A DNA stretch of 32,000 nt from Aquifex aeolicus VF5 (GCF_000008625.1 NC_000918.1:1380001-1412000), one strand, 5' to 3'; counted from the stretch's first letter, positions 7,809 through 15,952 are shown. Numbers and translations: made by a program. Notes: generated by a model from the letters alone, not told the origin.

Positions 7809-9505
7809 ACGGCCAGAACCCTATTCACTTCCTCTATAGATGTTATTCCTCTCTTTACCTTCAGAAGGCCATTCTTGTAAAGGGTTCTCATTCCCTTTTC
7901 TATCGCCTTCTTCCTTATTACGTCGTGAGTTGCTCCTCTTATTATGAGTTCCTTTATGTCGTCGTCAACTTCCAGTATCTCGTGAACAGCGGTTCTCCCT
8001 TTATACCCCGTGTAATTACAGTACTCGCACCCTCCCTCGTGAGCTTTGTATATAACCACTTCTTCGGAAGGATCCTCTATTACACCTATTCTCAGCAGAA
8101 CATCCTTCGGGATATCCGCTTTCTCTTTACACTTAGGACAGAGTTTTCTTATCAATCTCTGGGCTACGACGAGAATCAGGGAACTTCCAACAAGAAAGGA
8201 TTCTATTCCCATGTCGACGAGTCTCGTTACGGTAGTGGGAGCGTCGTTTGCGTGAACGGTGGAAAATACGAGGTGTCCCGTGAGAGAAGCCCTTATCGCA
8301 ATCTCCGCCGTTTCCGAGTCTCTTATCTCTCCAACCAGGATTATGTCTGGGTCTTGCCTGAGGAAGGCTCTAAGTACGTTTGCAAAGGTAAGTCCTATCT
8401 TCTCGTTTACCTGAACCTGATTTATTCCGGGAATGGAGACCTCTACAGGATCTTCTACAGTCATTATGTTCACGTCCGGTGTATTCCTCTCCATCAAAGA
8501 AGCGTATAGCGTCGTAGTTTTACCGGAACCCGTAGGACCAGATACGAGTATCATACCCCAGGGTTTCCATATAGCCCTTCTGTACTTTTCAAGGTCATCC
8601 GGTTCGAATCCTAGGTCTTCCAGCTTTACCTTTAAGTACTTTTCTGCCTCCTGTATTCTCATAACGACCTTTTCACCGTAAACCGTTGGAACCGTGTTTA
8701 CCCTGAGATCTATTTTCTTTCCCGAGACGTTTACCCTTATCCTGCCGTCTTGGGGTTTTCTCCTCTCTGATATATCCATGTTCGCCATTATCTTTATACG
8801 GGTTATTAAACCGTCTTTAATCACAGGTGGAAATTCCTTGAATATCCTCAGGACACCGTCTATCCTGAACCTCACCCTCAAGACTTTCTCTTGAGGTTCT
8901 ATATGTATGTCTGAGGCGTCTCTCCTTACAGCCTCGTAAATTATTAGATTTGCGAGCTTTACAACAGGTGCTGCATCCGCACTCTTCAAGGCTTCATCGA
9001 GAGAAACCTCTTCATCTACCTTTTCTATAACTATCTCTTCCGCTGGTATCTCCTCGAGTATTTCGGTCACTTTAGGGAACAGCTCATCTAGAGCTTTATT
9101 TATAACGGAAGGGGGTGCGTAAAAAGGTATAACGTGCATTTTCGTGATAAACCTCAGTTCGTTTAGCATATCCTGGTTGTAAGGATCAAAGGTGTATATA
9201 AAGAGTTTGTTATTCTCAACCTTAAAGGGAATTACTTTATACTTCTCTATTAAGTTTCTGGGAACGATGTTCAAAACTTCCGCGGGGATTTCAGAGGTGT
9301 TTATTTCCTCTACTACCCTGCTAGGTATGTGCTGCTTGAAAAATTCAGTCAATTGATCTTCCGTAATGAGCCCAAGTCTTATCAAAGCTTCTATAGGATC
9401 TTCGTCCTTTTGTATTTCTGACAGTACCTTTTTGATGTCGCCGTCTTTTATATAGCCCGCCTTTGCGAATAAAGTGAGGAGTTTTTCTATCCTCTCCTTA
9501 TCCAT
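7805..9505 (-). CDS. pilB: Type IV pilus assembly / type II secretion ATPase (PilB/GspE family)
   Basis: N-terminal T2SSE_N-like domain, Walker A GPTGSGKTT, Walker B/His-box region, and a tetracysteine motif (CPKC...CEYC). I prefer the ATG at 9505 (MDKERIEKLL) over the ORF-track start at 9547, because 9547 would overlap panB by 50 nt. Confidence 0.9.
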   Translation of the reverse strand: MDKERIEKLLTLFAKAGYIKDGDIKKVLSEIQKDEDPIEALIRLGLITEDQLTEFFKQHIPSRVVEEINTSEIPAEVLNIVPRNLIEKYKVIPFKVENNKLFIYTFDPYNQDMLNELRFITKMHVIPFYAPPSVINKALDELFPKVTEILEEIPAEEIVIEKVDEEVSLDEALKSADAAPVVKLANLIIYEAVRRDASDIHIEPQEKVLRVRFRIDGVLRIFKEFPPVIKDGLITRIKIMANMDISERRKPQDGRIRVNVSGKKIDLRVNTVPTVYGEKVVMRIQEAEKYLKVKLEDLGFEPDDLEKYRRAIWKPWGMILVSGPTGSGKTTTLYASLMERNTPDVNIMTVEDPVEVSIPGINQVQVNEKIGLTFANVLRAFLRQDPDIILVGEIRDSETAEIAIRASLTGHLVFSTVHANDAPTTVTRLVDMGIESFLVGSSLILVVAQRLIRKLCPKCKEKADIPKDVLLRIGVIEDPSEEVVIYKAHEGGCEYCNYTGYKGRTAVHEILEVDDDIKELIIRGATHDVIRKKAIEKGMRTLYKNGLLKVKRGITSIEEVNRVLAV

Positions 9506-10295
9506 AACTTTCCTCTTCCGAAGGGAAATTGCCCCCTTCCACGTCAATTTTAAAATTTTTAAGGGCTTCCTTTACCAATTTAGCTCCTTCAAGGTACCTT
9601 CTCACAAACTTTGGTTTAAAGTCCTCAAAAAGACCGACTATATCGTGAAAAACGAGCACTTGTCCGTCAACGTACTTTCCCGCACCTATTCCTATAACTA
9701 TAGAGTTTGAACCTTTCCAGAGTTCTTTCGCCAAGTGTGTGGGAACGCTTTCAAGAACGATCATAAAAGCTCCCGCCTCTTCCAGAGCTCTGAAATCTCT
9801 CCTTAGTTTTTCCTCCTCTTCTTTTTTCTTTCCCACAACCTTCGGTTTTCCAAAGACGTTTATGTGCTGGGGTGTAAAGCCAACGTGACCCACCACAGGT
9901 ATTCCTATTCTCGTTAATTTGTACACGAGCTCCGCTATCTCCTCCCCGCCCTCAAGCTTTACAGCCTTTGCCTTAGTCTCTTTTATAACCCTTCCGCAGT
10001 TTTCCACCGCCTTTTCCATAGAAACCTGATAACTCATAAAGGGCATGTCCGCTATAACGAAGGCGTTTTTTACTCCTCTCATAACGCACTTTGTGTGATA
10101 AATGATTTCTTCCAAGGTAACTGAAAGCGTATCCCCTTCACCTTTTACGACAGTTCCGAGGGAGTCTCCGACGAGTATGCAGTCTATCCCGACCTCGTCG
10201 CAGAGTTTGGCACTCCAGTAATCGTAGGTAGAAACCATGGTAATCTTTTTCCCTTCTCTCTTCTTCTTGAAGAGAGTCTGGAGGTTTATCGCCAT
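9498..10295 (-). CDS. panB: 3-methyl-2-oxobutanoate hydroxymethyltransferase
   Basis: Family-typical sequence (LVGDSLG, DMPFMSY, VKLEGG, GHVGFTPQ). 265 aa. Confidence 0.93.
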   Translation of the reverse strand: MAINLQTLFKKKREGKKITMVSTYDYWSAKLCDEVGIDCILVGDSLGTVVKGEGDTLSVTLEEIIYHTKCVMRGVKNAFVIADMPFMSYQVSMEKAVENCGRVIKETKAKAVKLEGGEEIAELVYKLTRIGIPVVGHVGFTPQHINVFGKPKVVGKKKEEEEKLRRDFRALEEAGAFMIVLESVPTHLAKELWKGSNSIVIGIGAGKYVDGQVLVFHDIVGLFEDFKPKFVRRYLEGAKLVKEALKNFKIDVEGGNFPSEEESYG

Positions 10296-10298
10296 TTA

Positions 10299-10643
10299 TT
10301 ACAAGTTTAACTCCTTGAGCCTGTTTTTAATAAACTCCCAGCTCCACGCCCTTGCCTGATTTAAGGGAAGCTGTTTTCCTATATGCTCCTCGTAGCCCTC
10401 AACCCAAACCCATTCTCCGTCTGTGAGGAGTTTAAAGTTGTTTGTCCTGCTCGCCCACTGCCAGTAATTGTGAGGTGTTATCCCCATAGCCCTCTTGAAA
10501 AGTTCTAATTCTTGAGGTGTCAGTTCCCTTACTTTTTTCTCTTCTTTCTCTTCTCTTTCTTCCTTCTTCTCCTCTACTTCAGTTGGCTTTTCTTCCGTTT
10601 TTGGTTCTTCTTTCTTAAAAAGGGAGAGTATCTTCTTGAGCAC
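10299..10643 (-). CDS. Hypothetical protein, 114 aa, with a Lys/Glu-rich N-terminus and a Trp-rich C-terminal domain
   Basis: GTG start preceded by AGGAGG at 6-nt spacing. The ORF ends 3 nt before the panB start. No family recognised. Confidence 0.65.
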   Translation of the reverse strand: MLKKILSLFKKEEPKTEEKPTEVEEKKEEREEKEEKKVRELTPQELELFKRAMGITPHNYWQWASRTNNFKLLTDGEWVWVEGYEEHIGKQLPLNQARAWSWEFIKNRLKELNL

Positions 10644-10680
10644 TTTTAACCTCCTGAGTTTTACTTAAAATTTATACTTT

Positions 10681-11232
10681 ATGAGCAGGTTGAGAATATA
10701 CACGGAATCTGGAGAACTTATAAAAGACATTACTGACCCAAAGGAAATAGCTGAAGAACTTCAGAAGATAAATGTCCTGTTTGAAAGATGGAGGGCAAAC
10801 GCACCCCTAAAAGAGAACGCAAGTGACGAAGAAATTATAAACGCTTACAAACATGAAATAGATAGGCTAATAAACAAATATGGATTTCAGTCCTACGACG
10901 TTATAGCTATGACGCCCGAACACCCTAAAAAAGATGAATTGAGACAGAAGTTCCTCAAAGAGCACACCCACAGCGACTTTGAAGTGAGGTACTTCGTTTA
11001 CGGAGACGGCGTGTTTTACCTTCACCCAAATGACAAGGTTTACATACTCCACTGTACGGCGGGAGACCTCATCAGCGTCCCTCCGAACACTAAACACTGG
11101 TTTGACATGGGGGAAAATCCTAACTTCAAGTGTATAAGGCTCTTCACGACACCCGAAGGCTGGGTAGCCGAATATACCGGCTCGGATATAGCGGAAAAGT
11201 TCCCCAAGTACGAGGAAGTTGTAAATGGTTAA
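10681..11232 (+). CDS. mtnD: Acireductone dioxygenase (ARD), methionine salvage
   Basis: ARD cupin pattern (EHTHSDFEVRYFVYGDGVFYLH, GDLISVPPNTKHWF). 183 aa. Confidence 0.88.
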   Translation: MSRLRIYTESGELIKDITDPKEIAEELQKINVLFERWRANAPLKENASDEEIINAYKHEIDRLINKYGFQSYDVIAMTPEHPKKDELRQKFLKEHTHSDFEVRYFVYGDGVFYLHPNDKVYILHCTAGDLISVPPNTKHWFDMGENPNFKCIRLFTTPEGWVAEYTGSDIAEKFPKYEEVVNG

Positions 11233-11896
11233 GGCTATTCTTCTTGACATAGAGGGCACTATCGCACCCCTTTCCTTTGTAAAGGAAGTAATGTTTCCCT
11301 ACTCAAAGAAGAAGTTAAGGGAATTCCTTGAAAAAAACTGGGAAAAACCTGAGATAAAGAAGATTGTGCAGGAAGTGGAAAAGATAGAGGGAAGGGAACT
11401 CTCCCTTGAGGAAGCAGTGCAGCTTTTCTCAAGATGGATAGACGAGGACAGGAAAATAACACCGCTTAAAGAACTTCAGGGACACATATGGGAAGAAGGA
11501 TTCAAAAGCGGTGAGCTGAAAGCCCCCCTGTACGAAGACGCCTACGAGAAAATAAAGGAGTGGAAAGAGAAAGGTATTCCCGTTTACATATACTCTTCTG
11601 GTTCTGTAAAGGCTCAGAATCTTTTTTTCGGTCACAGCGTTTACGGGGACATAAGGAACTTATTTTCAGGTTTCTTTGATACGAAGATAGGAAGCAAAAG
11701 GGAAAGAAGTTCTTACGAGAAGATAGCCAAAGAAATAGGTCTTCCTCCTCACGAGATACTCTTTATCTCGGACAATCCGGAAGAACTCAAAGCTGCAAAA
11801 GAAGCGGGAATGAAGGTAATTCAGTCCGTAAGGGAAGGTGTTGAGCCGTCAGGGGACTTTGAGAAGATAACTTCTTTCAGGGAGCTGGAGATATGA
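11225..11896 (+). CDS. mtnC: Enolase-phosphatase E1 (HAD superfamily), methionine salvage
   Basis: HAD motif I LLDIEGT at the N-terminus, plus IYSSGS and ISDNPEEL motifs. Overlaps mtnD by 8 nt. Confidence 0.85.
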   Translation: MVKAILLDIEGTIAPLSFVKEVMFPYSKKKLREFLEKNWEKPEIKKIVQEVEKIEGRELSLEEAVQLFSRWIDEDRKITPLKELQGHIWEEGFKSGELKAPLYEDAYEKIKEWKEKGIPVYIYSSGSVKAQNLFFGHSVYGDIRNLFSGFFDTKIGSKRERSSYEKIAKEIGLPPHEILFISDNPEELKAAKEAGMKVIQSVREGVEPSGDFEKITSFRELEI

Positions 11897-12258
11897 TTTT
11901 ATTCTCTCCTAAGGAGATAAAAGATATTGAAGAGCTTGTAAAGGAAAGGGAAGGAAGTGTAGAGGAAATAGAGGTAATCAAACTGAACGAGACTCCGAAC
12001 ATTTCCCAGTTCCTCGTTTTTATAAAAACCTCAGAAGTTCCCCACTACCATGCGGAGCACGACCTTACGTTCACCGTTCTCAAGGGAAAGGGAGAACTTT
12101 ACCTTGAGGGTGAAAAAAAGAAACTGAAAGAGGGAGATTGGGCTTTCATACCGAAGGGAGCGGTTCACTTTTATAGGAACACAAGTGAGCTTTCCGTACT
12201 CCTTGCCATCTTCTCACCGAGTTACGACGGGAAGGACAGTGTGAGGGTAGAGCTGTGA
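11893..12258 (+). CDS. Cupin-domain protein (121 aa), metal-binding type, unknown function
   Basis: Both canonical cupin motifs are present: [16 protein letters not shown] (HxH...E...G) and [16 protein letters not shown] (G-x5-PxG-x2-H-x3-N). ATGA and GTGA overlaps join it to mtnC and mtnB. Confidence 0.8.
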
Positions 12259-12881
12259 ACGTGGAACTCTTTAAGAAGTTTTCCGAAAAGGTAGAAGAAA
12301 TTATAGAAGCCGGCAGGATTTTGCACTCAAGGGGATGGGTTCCCGCAACGAGCGGAAATATATCCGCAAAAGTAAGCGAGGAGTACATAGCGATAACAGC
12401 CTCAGGTAAGCACAAAGGTAAGTTAACTCCCGAGGACATACTCCTTATAGATTACGAGGGAAGACCGGTTGGAGGAGGAAAGCCCTCCGCGGAAACGCTC
12501 CTTCACACCACCGTTTACAAGCTCTTTCCCGAGGTGAACGCCGTTGTTCACACCCACTCTCCGAACGCTACCGTGATTTCCATCGTTGAAAAAAAAGACT
12601 TTGTAGAGCTTGAAGACTACGAACTCCTGAAGGCTTTTCCGGATATACACACCCACGAAGTGAAGATTAAAATTCCCATATTTCCGAACGAACAGAATAT
12701 TCCTCTTCTTGCAAAAGAAGTTGAAAACTACTTCAAAACCTCAGAAGACAAGTACGGTTTTCTAATAAGGGGGCACGGACTATACACCTGGGGAAGGAGT
12801 ATGGAAGAAGCCCTAATCCACACCGAGGCCCTTGAGTTTATCTTCGAATGTGAACTTAAACTCCTTTCTTTTCATTCTTAG
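12255..12881 (+). CDS. mtnB: Methylthioribulose-1-phosphate dehydratase (class II aldolase/adducin family)
   Basis: Class II aldolase fold signatures ([26 protein letters not shown]). GTG start overlaps the cupin stop. Confidence 0.85.
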
Positions 12882-13140
12882 TTCTCCCTATAAGCATTTC
12901 CCTTTCCGCCTCACACTTCCCCAGTCTGTAACTCAAATCCTCTATCTTGTTAATGATTTCTAAGAAATTCTCAGAAATTTTTTTTACATCCCCGTACAAT
13001 CCCTCCCTTAAGACTATATACTCGTGGTAAATCCTAAGGGCTTCCTCCACAATTTGTACTTCCTTTTTGTTAAGTTTTGTTTTTAGTTCTTCTAAAATTT
13101 TTAACGTTTGTTCATCAAAAACAAACGTCTTCTTCTTCAC
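12856..13140 (-). CDS. Hypothetical 94-aa protein with a ribbon-helix-helix-like N-terminus and a coiled-coil-like C-terminus
   Basis: GTG start with AGGGGG 6 nt upstream. The N-terminal pattern is strand (TFVFDE), helix ([12 protein letters not shown]), helix ([14 protein letters not shown]). The 3' end overlaps mtnB convergently by 26 nt. Confidence 0.6.
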
Positions 13141-13227
13141 GACAAACCCCCTAAAGCTTTACCTTACAATTTAAAAACCTTTTTTGTTTTTTCAAATTTA
13201 TTTAATTTTTCTTATATCCTTTTTAAC

Positions 13228-14154
13228 TTATCGTGAGATTTTATAAACCTTAAGAAGGTAATCTATCAAAATCTCCAGAGGTTCTTTATCAAGTTTTTCA
13301 TCCCTCATAGGAACCGCAAAGGGAGATAAGACTAACTTCCTGACTTCGTTCTCTTCCATAGGGGGAACTGGAGCCTTCAGGCTCGCTACAGTTCCCTTCC
13401 TCTTTCTTCCGATTTCCCTTGAAGAGCCTACCTTAAAACCGAGAGTAAGTAATGACTTCCTGACCGAAAGGGAAGAAGAGTAAGAGACCCAGTACCCCTT
13501 CTCGTCAATCCTTTCTTTAATTAACGACAGAAAGTCTAAGGTCCACAGTTCCGGGTTTTTGTAGGGAGAAAAAGCGTCGTGAAATACAGCATCCGCTTTG
13601 AAGTTTTCTACTTCTTTAATCCTCTTCCTCGCATCTCCCAGAAGTACTTTTAAACTAAGTCTTTCCCCTTCGTACTCCGGGACTCTCTCCAATAAAAATT
13701 CGTGAATTTCCCTGTAGGGTTCCGGCAGGATAGGAAATTCTTTCAGCAGTTCCTTCTCAAAGGAGATTATCTCAACTCTCAATTTTGGGTTCACTTCCCA
13801 GAGGTGTTTTAAGGCAACTGCCAGGTTGTACCCGAGACCGAAACCTACATCCAGAATCCTTATTACTTTCCTTTCTTTTGCCTTTTCGAGAATTCTTGAG
13901 GGTCTTACAAACTTGTAGAGACTCTCCCTTATAGCCCCCGCAGTTTGACTGTGGTAGGGTTCTCCGTAAGTCTTGTGTATCAGTGTTTTTGAACCGTCCG
14001 CCGTATCGGCAATTTCCTGCCCGCTTTCCTCGGGGTTGTAAGCGAACCTCAGGAACTCCCTCAGGATTACATTAAATTCTTCCTCGGTTAGTGAAACTTC
14101 CTTCTTTCTCAGATAACTTTCTAAGTAATTTTTCAAATATTCTTCCCTCTTCAT
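13228..14154 (-). CDS. mnmC: Stand-alone MnmC2-type (DUF752) SAM-dependent tRNA nm5s2U methyltransferase
   Basis: Motifs DGSKTLIH..YGEPYHS, ILDVGFGLGYN, DAVFHDAFSPYKNPELWT and YSSS..VRKSL..GF match the MnmC methyltransferase domain. No FAD oxidase domain is present. Confidence 0.85.
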   Translation of the reverse strand: MKREEYLKNYLESYLRKKEVSLTEEEFNVILREFLRFAYNPEESGQEIADTADGSKTLIHKTYGEPYHSQTAGAIRESLYKFVRPSRILEKAKERKVIRILDVGFGLGYNLAVALKHLWEVNPKLRVEIISFEKELLKEFPILPEPYREIHEFLLERVPEYEGERLSLKVLLGDARKRIKEVENFKADAVFHDAFSPYKNPELWTLDFLSLIKERIDEKGYWVSYSSSLSVRKSLLTLGFKVGSSREIGRKRKGTVASLKAPVPPMEENEVRKLVLSPFAVPMRDEKLDKEPLEILIDYLLKVYKISR

Positions 14155-14480
14155 TTCTTCAGTTCTTCTATGTTGTATATCTCGTAAACGGGTCTGTGGT
14201 TTGTGAGACCTATGGACTCCCTGTAAACGATTAAGTAATACCTGTACTTGTAGGCTTCGCTCAGGTACTTGTCTAACCGTTTCCTCAAATGAACGGAAAG
14301 CCTTATACTGAACTTTGGAATTTTCGTCTTTTCCCTCTTCATCCTCTCTTCAAGGTAGTTCAGTGCCCTCTTTACCCTCTTTGCCTGTTCCATGCAGTAC
14401 TCTATCTTCCTCCCGTATCCGCCCCCTACGGAAGCGATTTCCTTTAGAATTTCATCATCCAGACTTTCCTTTGAGAGCAT
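14151..14480 (-). CDS. Hypothetical protein of about 109 aa, translationally coupled to mnmC2
   Basis: The ORF-track start at 14483 is TTG; the next codon is ATG (14480). The stop overlaps the mnmC ATG (ATGA). No family recognised. Confidence 0.65.
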   Translation of the reverse strand: MLSKESLDDEILKEIASVGGGYGRKIEYCMEQAKRVKRALNYLEERMKREKTKIPKFSIRLSVHLRKRLDKYLSEAYKYRYYLIVYRESIGLTNHRPVYEIYNIEELKK

Positions 14481-14487
14481 CAAGTTT

Positions 14488-14496
14488 TAATATAAA
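14488..14496. promoter_or_regulatory. A/T core TAATATAAA between divergent start codons (candidate back-to-back -10 elements)
   Basis: TATAAA lies at exactly -12..-7 of the tonB-like ATG (14503). TATTAA lies at -12..-7 of the minus-strand ATG (14480). Neither gene has an SD. Confidence 0.35.
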
Positions 14497-14502
14497 GACT
14501 TA

Positions 14503-15147
14503 ATGGTAAAAGTATCCGCAGAAAACTTCCTTTACTTTGCCATTTCAGTTCTCGTAAACCTGCTCTTTCTGAAAATTCTCTACATCTACTTATTCCTTCC
14601 GAATATAAGCCCGCCTCAAGCTTTTACGCCCCTGAGTGTGAAGATAGAGGAAATAAAGGCTCCGCCAAAGAAGCCGGGAAAGCCGCAGAAAAAAGTGGTG
14701 AAAAAGAAGCCCGAGGCTGTATCAGTCTCTCAGGCTCCCGAAAAGGGGGATGTGCCCGTAGAAGTGAAGGAAGAAAAGGAAGTTTCACTCCTTCCCGAAC
14801 TTGAAAAGAAGATCAAGGAAAGACTGAAGAAGAGAAAAGAGGTAAAACAAATAGGAGAGATTTCCGCGGTAGTTTCGAAGCAGAAAGTGGAAATAAGACT
14901 GGGAAGCAGGAAGCTCGTTCACGTACCTCCGCCCCCCGTTTTTCACGTAAAGGAATACCCATCTCTCGTTCGCATAAAGATATGGGTAAATCCGGAAGGG
15001 AGAGTGATAAGGGCTATTATTATCCAGAGGAGCGGTGTAACGGAAGTTGACGAAGGACTTTTGAGATTTACGAAAAAACTGAAGTTTGAACCTATTGAAG
15101 TTCCCGAAGTTCAGGAAGGTGTGATAACCTTTACTTTTTCCACTTAA
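14503..15147 (+). CDS. tonB: TonB-family energy transducer-like protein
   Basis: N-terminal TM anchor, a Pro/Lys-rich spacer (PPKKPGKPQKKVVKKKPE), and a C-terminal TonB_C-like domain (YPSLVRIKIWVNPEGRVIRAIIIQRSG...LKFEP). Confidence 0.75.
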   Translation: MVKVSAENFLYFAISVLVNLLFLKILYIYLFLPNISPPQAFTPLSVKIEEIKAPPKKPGKPQKKVVKKKPEAVSVSQAPEKGDVPVEVKEEKEVSLLPELEKKIKERLKKRKEVKQIGEISAVVSKQKVEIRLGSRKLVHVPPPPVFHVKEYPSLVRIKIWVNPEGRVIRAIIIQRSGVTEVDEGLLRFTKKLKFEPIEVPEVQEGVITFTFST

Positions 15148-15157
15148 AATTTATGGT

Positions 15158-15952
15158 ATGGAAAACTTAAAAAAGTACCTAGAAGTTGCAAAAATAGCCG
15201 CGCTCGCGGGTGGGCAGGTTCTGAAAGAAAACTTCGGAAAGGTAAAAAAGGAAAACATAGAGGAAAAAGGGGAAAAGGACTTTGTAAGTTACGTGGATAA
15301 AACTTCAGAGGAAAGGATAAAGGAGGTGATACTCAAGTTCTTTCCCGATCACGAGGTCGTAGGGGAAGAGATGGGTGCGGAGGGAAGCGGAAGCGAATAC
15401 AGGTGGTTCATAGACCCCCTTGACGGCACAAAGAACTACATAAACGGTTTTCCCATCTTTGCCGTATCAGTGGGACTTGTTAAGGGAGAAGAGCCAATTG
15501 TGGGTGCGGTTTACCTTCCTTACTTTGACAAGCTTTACTGGGGTGCTAAAGGTCTCGGGGCTTACGTAAACGGAAAGAGGATAAAGGTAAAGGACAATGA
15601 GAGTTTAAAGCACGCCGGAGTGGTTTACGGATTTCCCTCTAGGAGCAGGAGGGACATATCTATCTACTTGAACATATTCAAGGATGTCTTTTACGAAGTT
15701 GGCTCTATGAGGAGACCCGGGGCTGCTGCGGTTGACCTCTGCATGGTGGCGGAAGGGATATTTGACGGGATGATGGAGTTTGAAATGAAGCCGTGGGACA
15801 TAACCGCAGGGCTTGTAATACTGAAGGAAGCCGGGGGCGTTTACACACTTGTGGGAGAACCCTTCGGAGTTTCGGACATAATTGCGGGCAACAAAGCCCT
15901 CCACGACTTTATACTTCAGGTAGCCAAAAAGTATATGGAAGTGGCGGTGTGA
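15158..15952 (+). CDS. suhB: Inositol monophosphatase family protein (IMPase/FBPase type)
   Basis: Motifs GEE, WFIDPLDGTKNY and WDITAG. 264 aa. Confidence 0.9.
   Translation: MENLKKYLEVAKIAALAGGQVLKENFGKVKKENIEEKGEKDFVSYVDKTSEERIKEVILKFFPDHEVVGEEMGAEGSGSEYRWFIDPLDGTKNYINGFPIFAVSVGLVKGEEPIVGAVYLPYFDKLYWGAKGLGAYVNGKRIKVKDNESLKHAGVVYGFPSRSRRDISIYLNIFKDVFYEVGSMRRPGAAAVDLCMVAEGIFDGMMEFEMKPWDITAGLVILKEAGGVYTLVGEPFGVSDIIAGNKALHDFILQVAKKYMEVAV

Noticed and set aside
7925-8509. A 194-aa + strand ORF, and several smaller ones (8046-8255, 8433-8681, 8694-8894), antisense to pilB.
   Set aside because: They show the same shadow-ORF composition and no recognisable motifs, while the pilB frame carries Walker motifs. 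The other antisense ORFs in the track have the same explanation, for example 10867-11259, 26341-26670, 21573-21944 and 15605-15904.
8601-8611. GGTTCGAATCC, which is identical to the tRNA T-loop consensus.
   Set aside because: The flanking bases cannot form a T-stem (only 2 bp pair), and no acceptor or anticodon arms are nearby. It lies inside the pilB coding frame, where it encodes ...GFEPD... on the other strand. This is a coincidence.
9506-9547. The 14-codon N-terminal extension of pilB (MTWKGAISLRKRKV).
   Set aside because: It would overlap the panB 3' end by 50 nt. The MDKERIEKLL start at 9505 gives a typical PilB/GspE N-terminus and only an 8-nt overlap.
13141-13227. A/T-rich imperfect inverted repeat (AATTTAAAAA ... 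TTTTTTCAAATT) downstream of mnmC2; a possible terminator.
   Set aside because: It is A/T-only pairing with a bulge and has no GC clamp. It is more likely just promoter or spacer DNA for the RHH-like gene.
15793-15948. The N-terminal 52-codon extension of the coaE ORF given in the ORF track.
   Set aside because: It lies entirely inside suhB in another frame, and its translation (MGHNRRACNTEGSRGRLHTCGRTLRS...) is Arg/Gly/Cys-rich and unlike the local proteins. The CoaE P-loop begins right after the GTG at 15949, which forms a GTGA overlap with the suhB stop.
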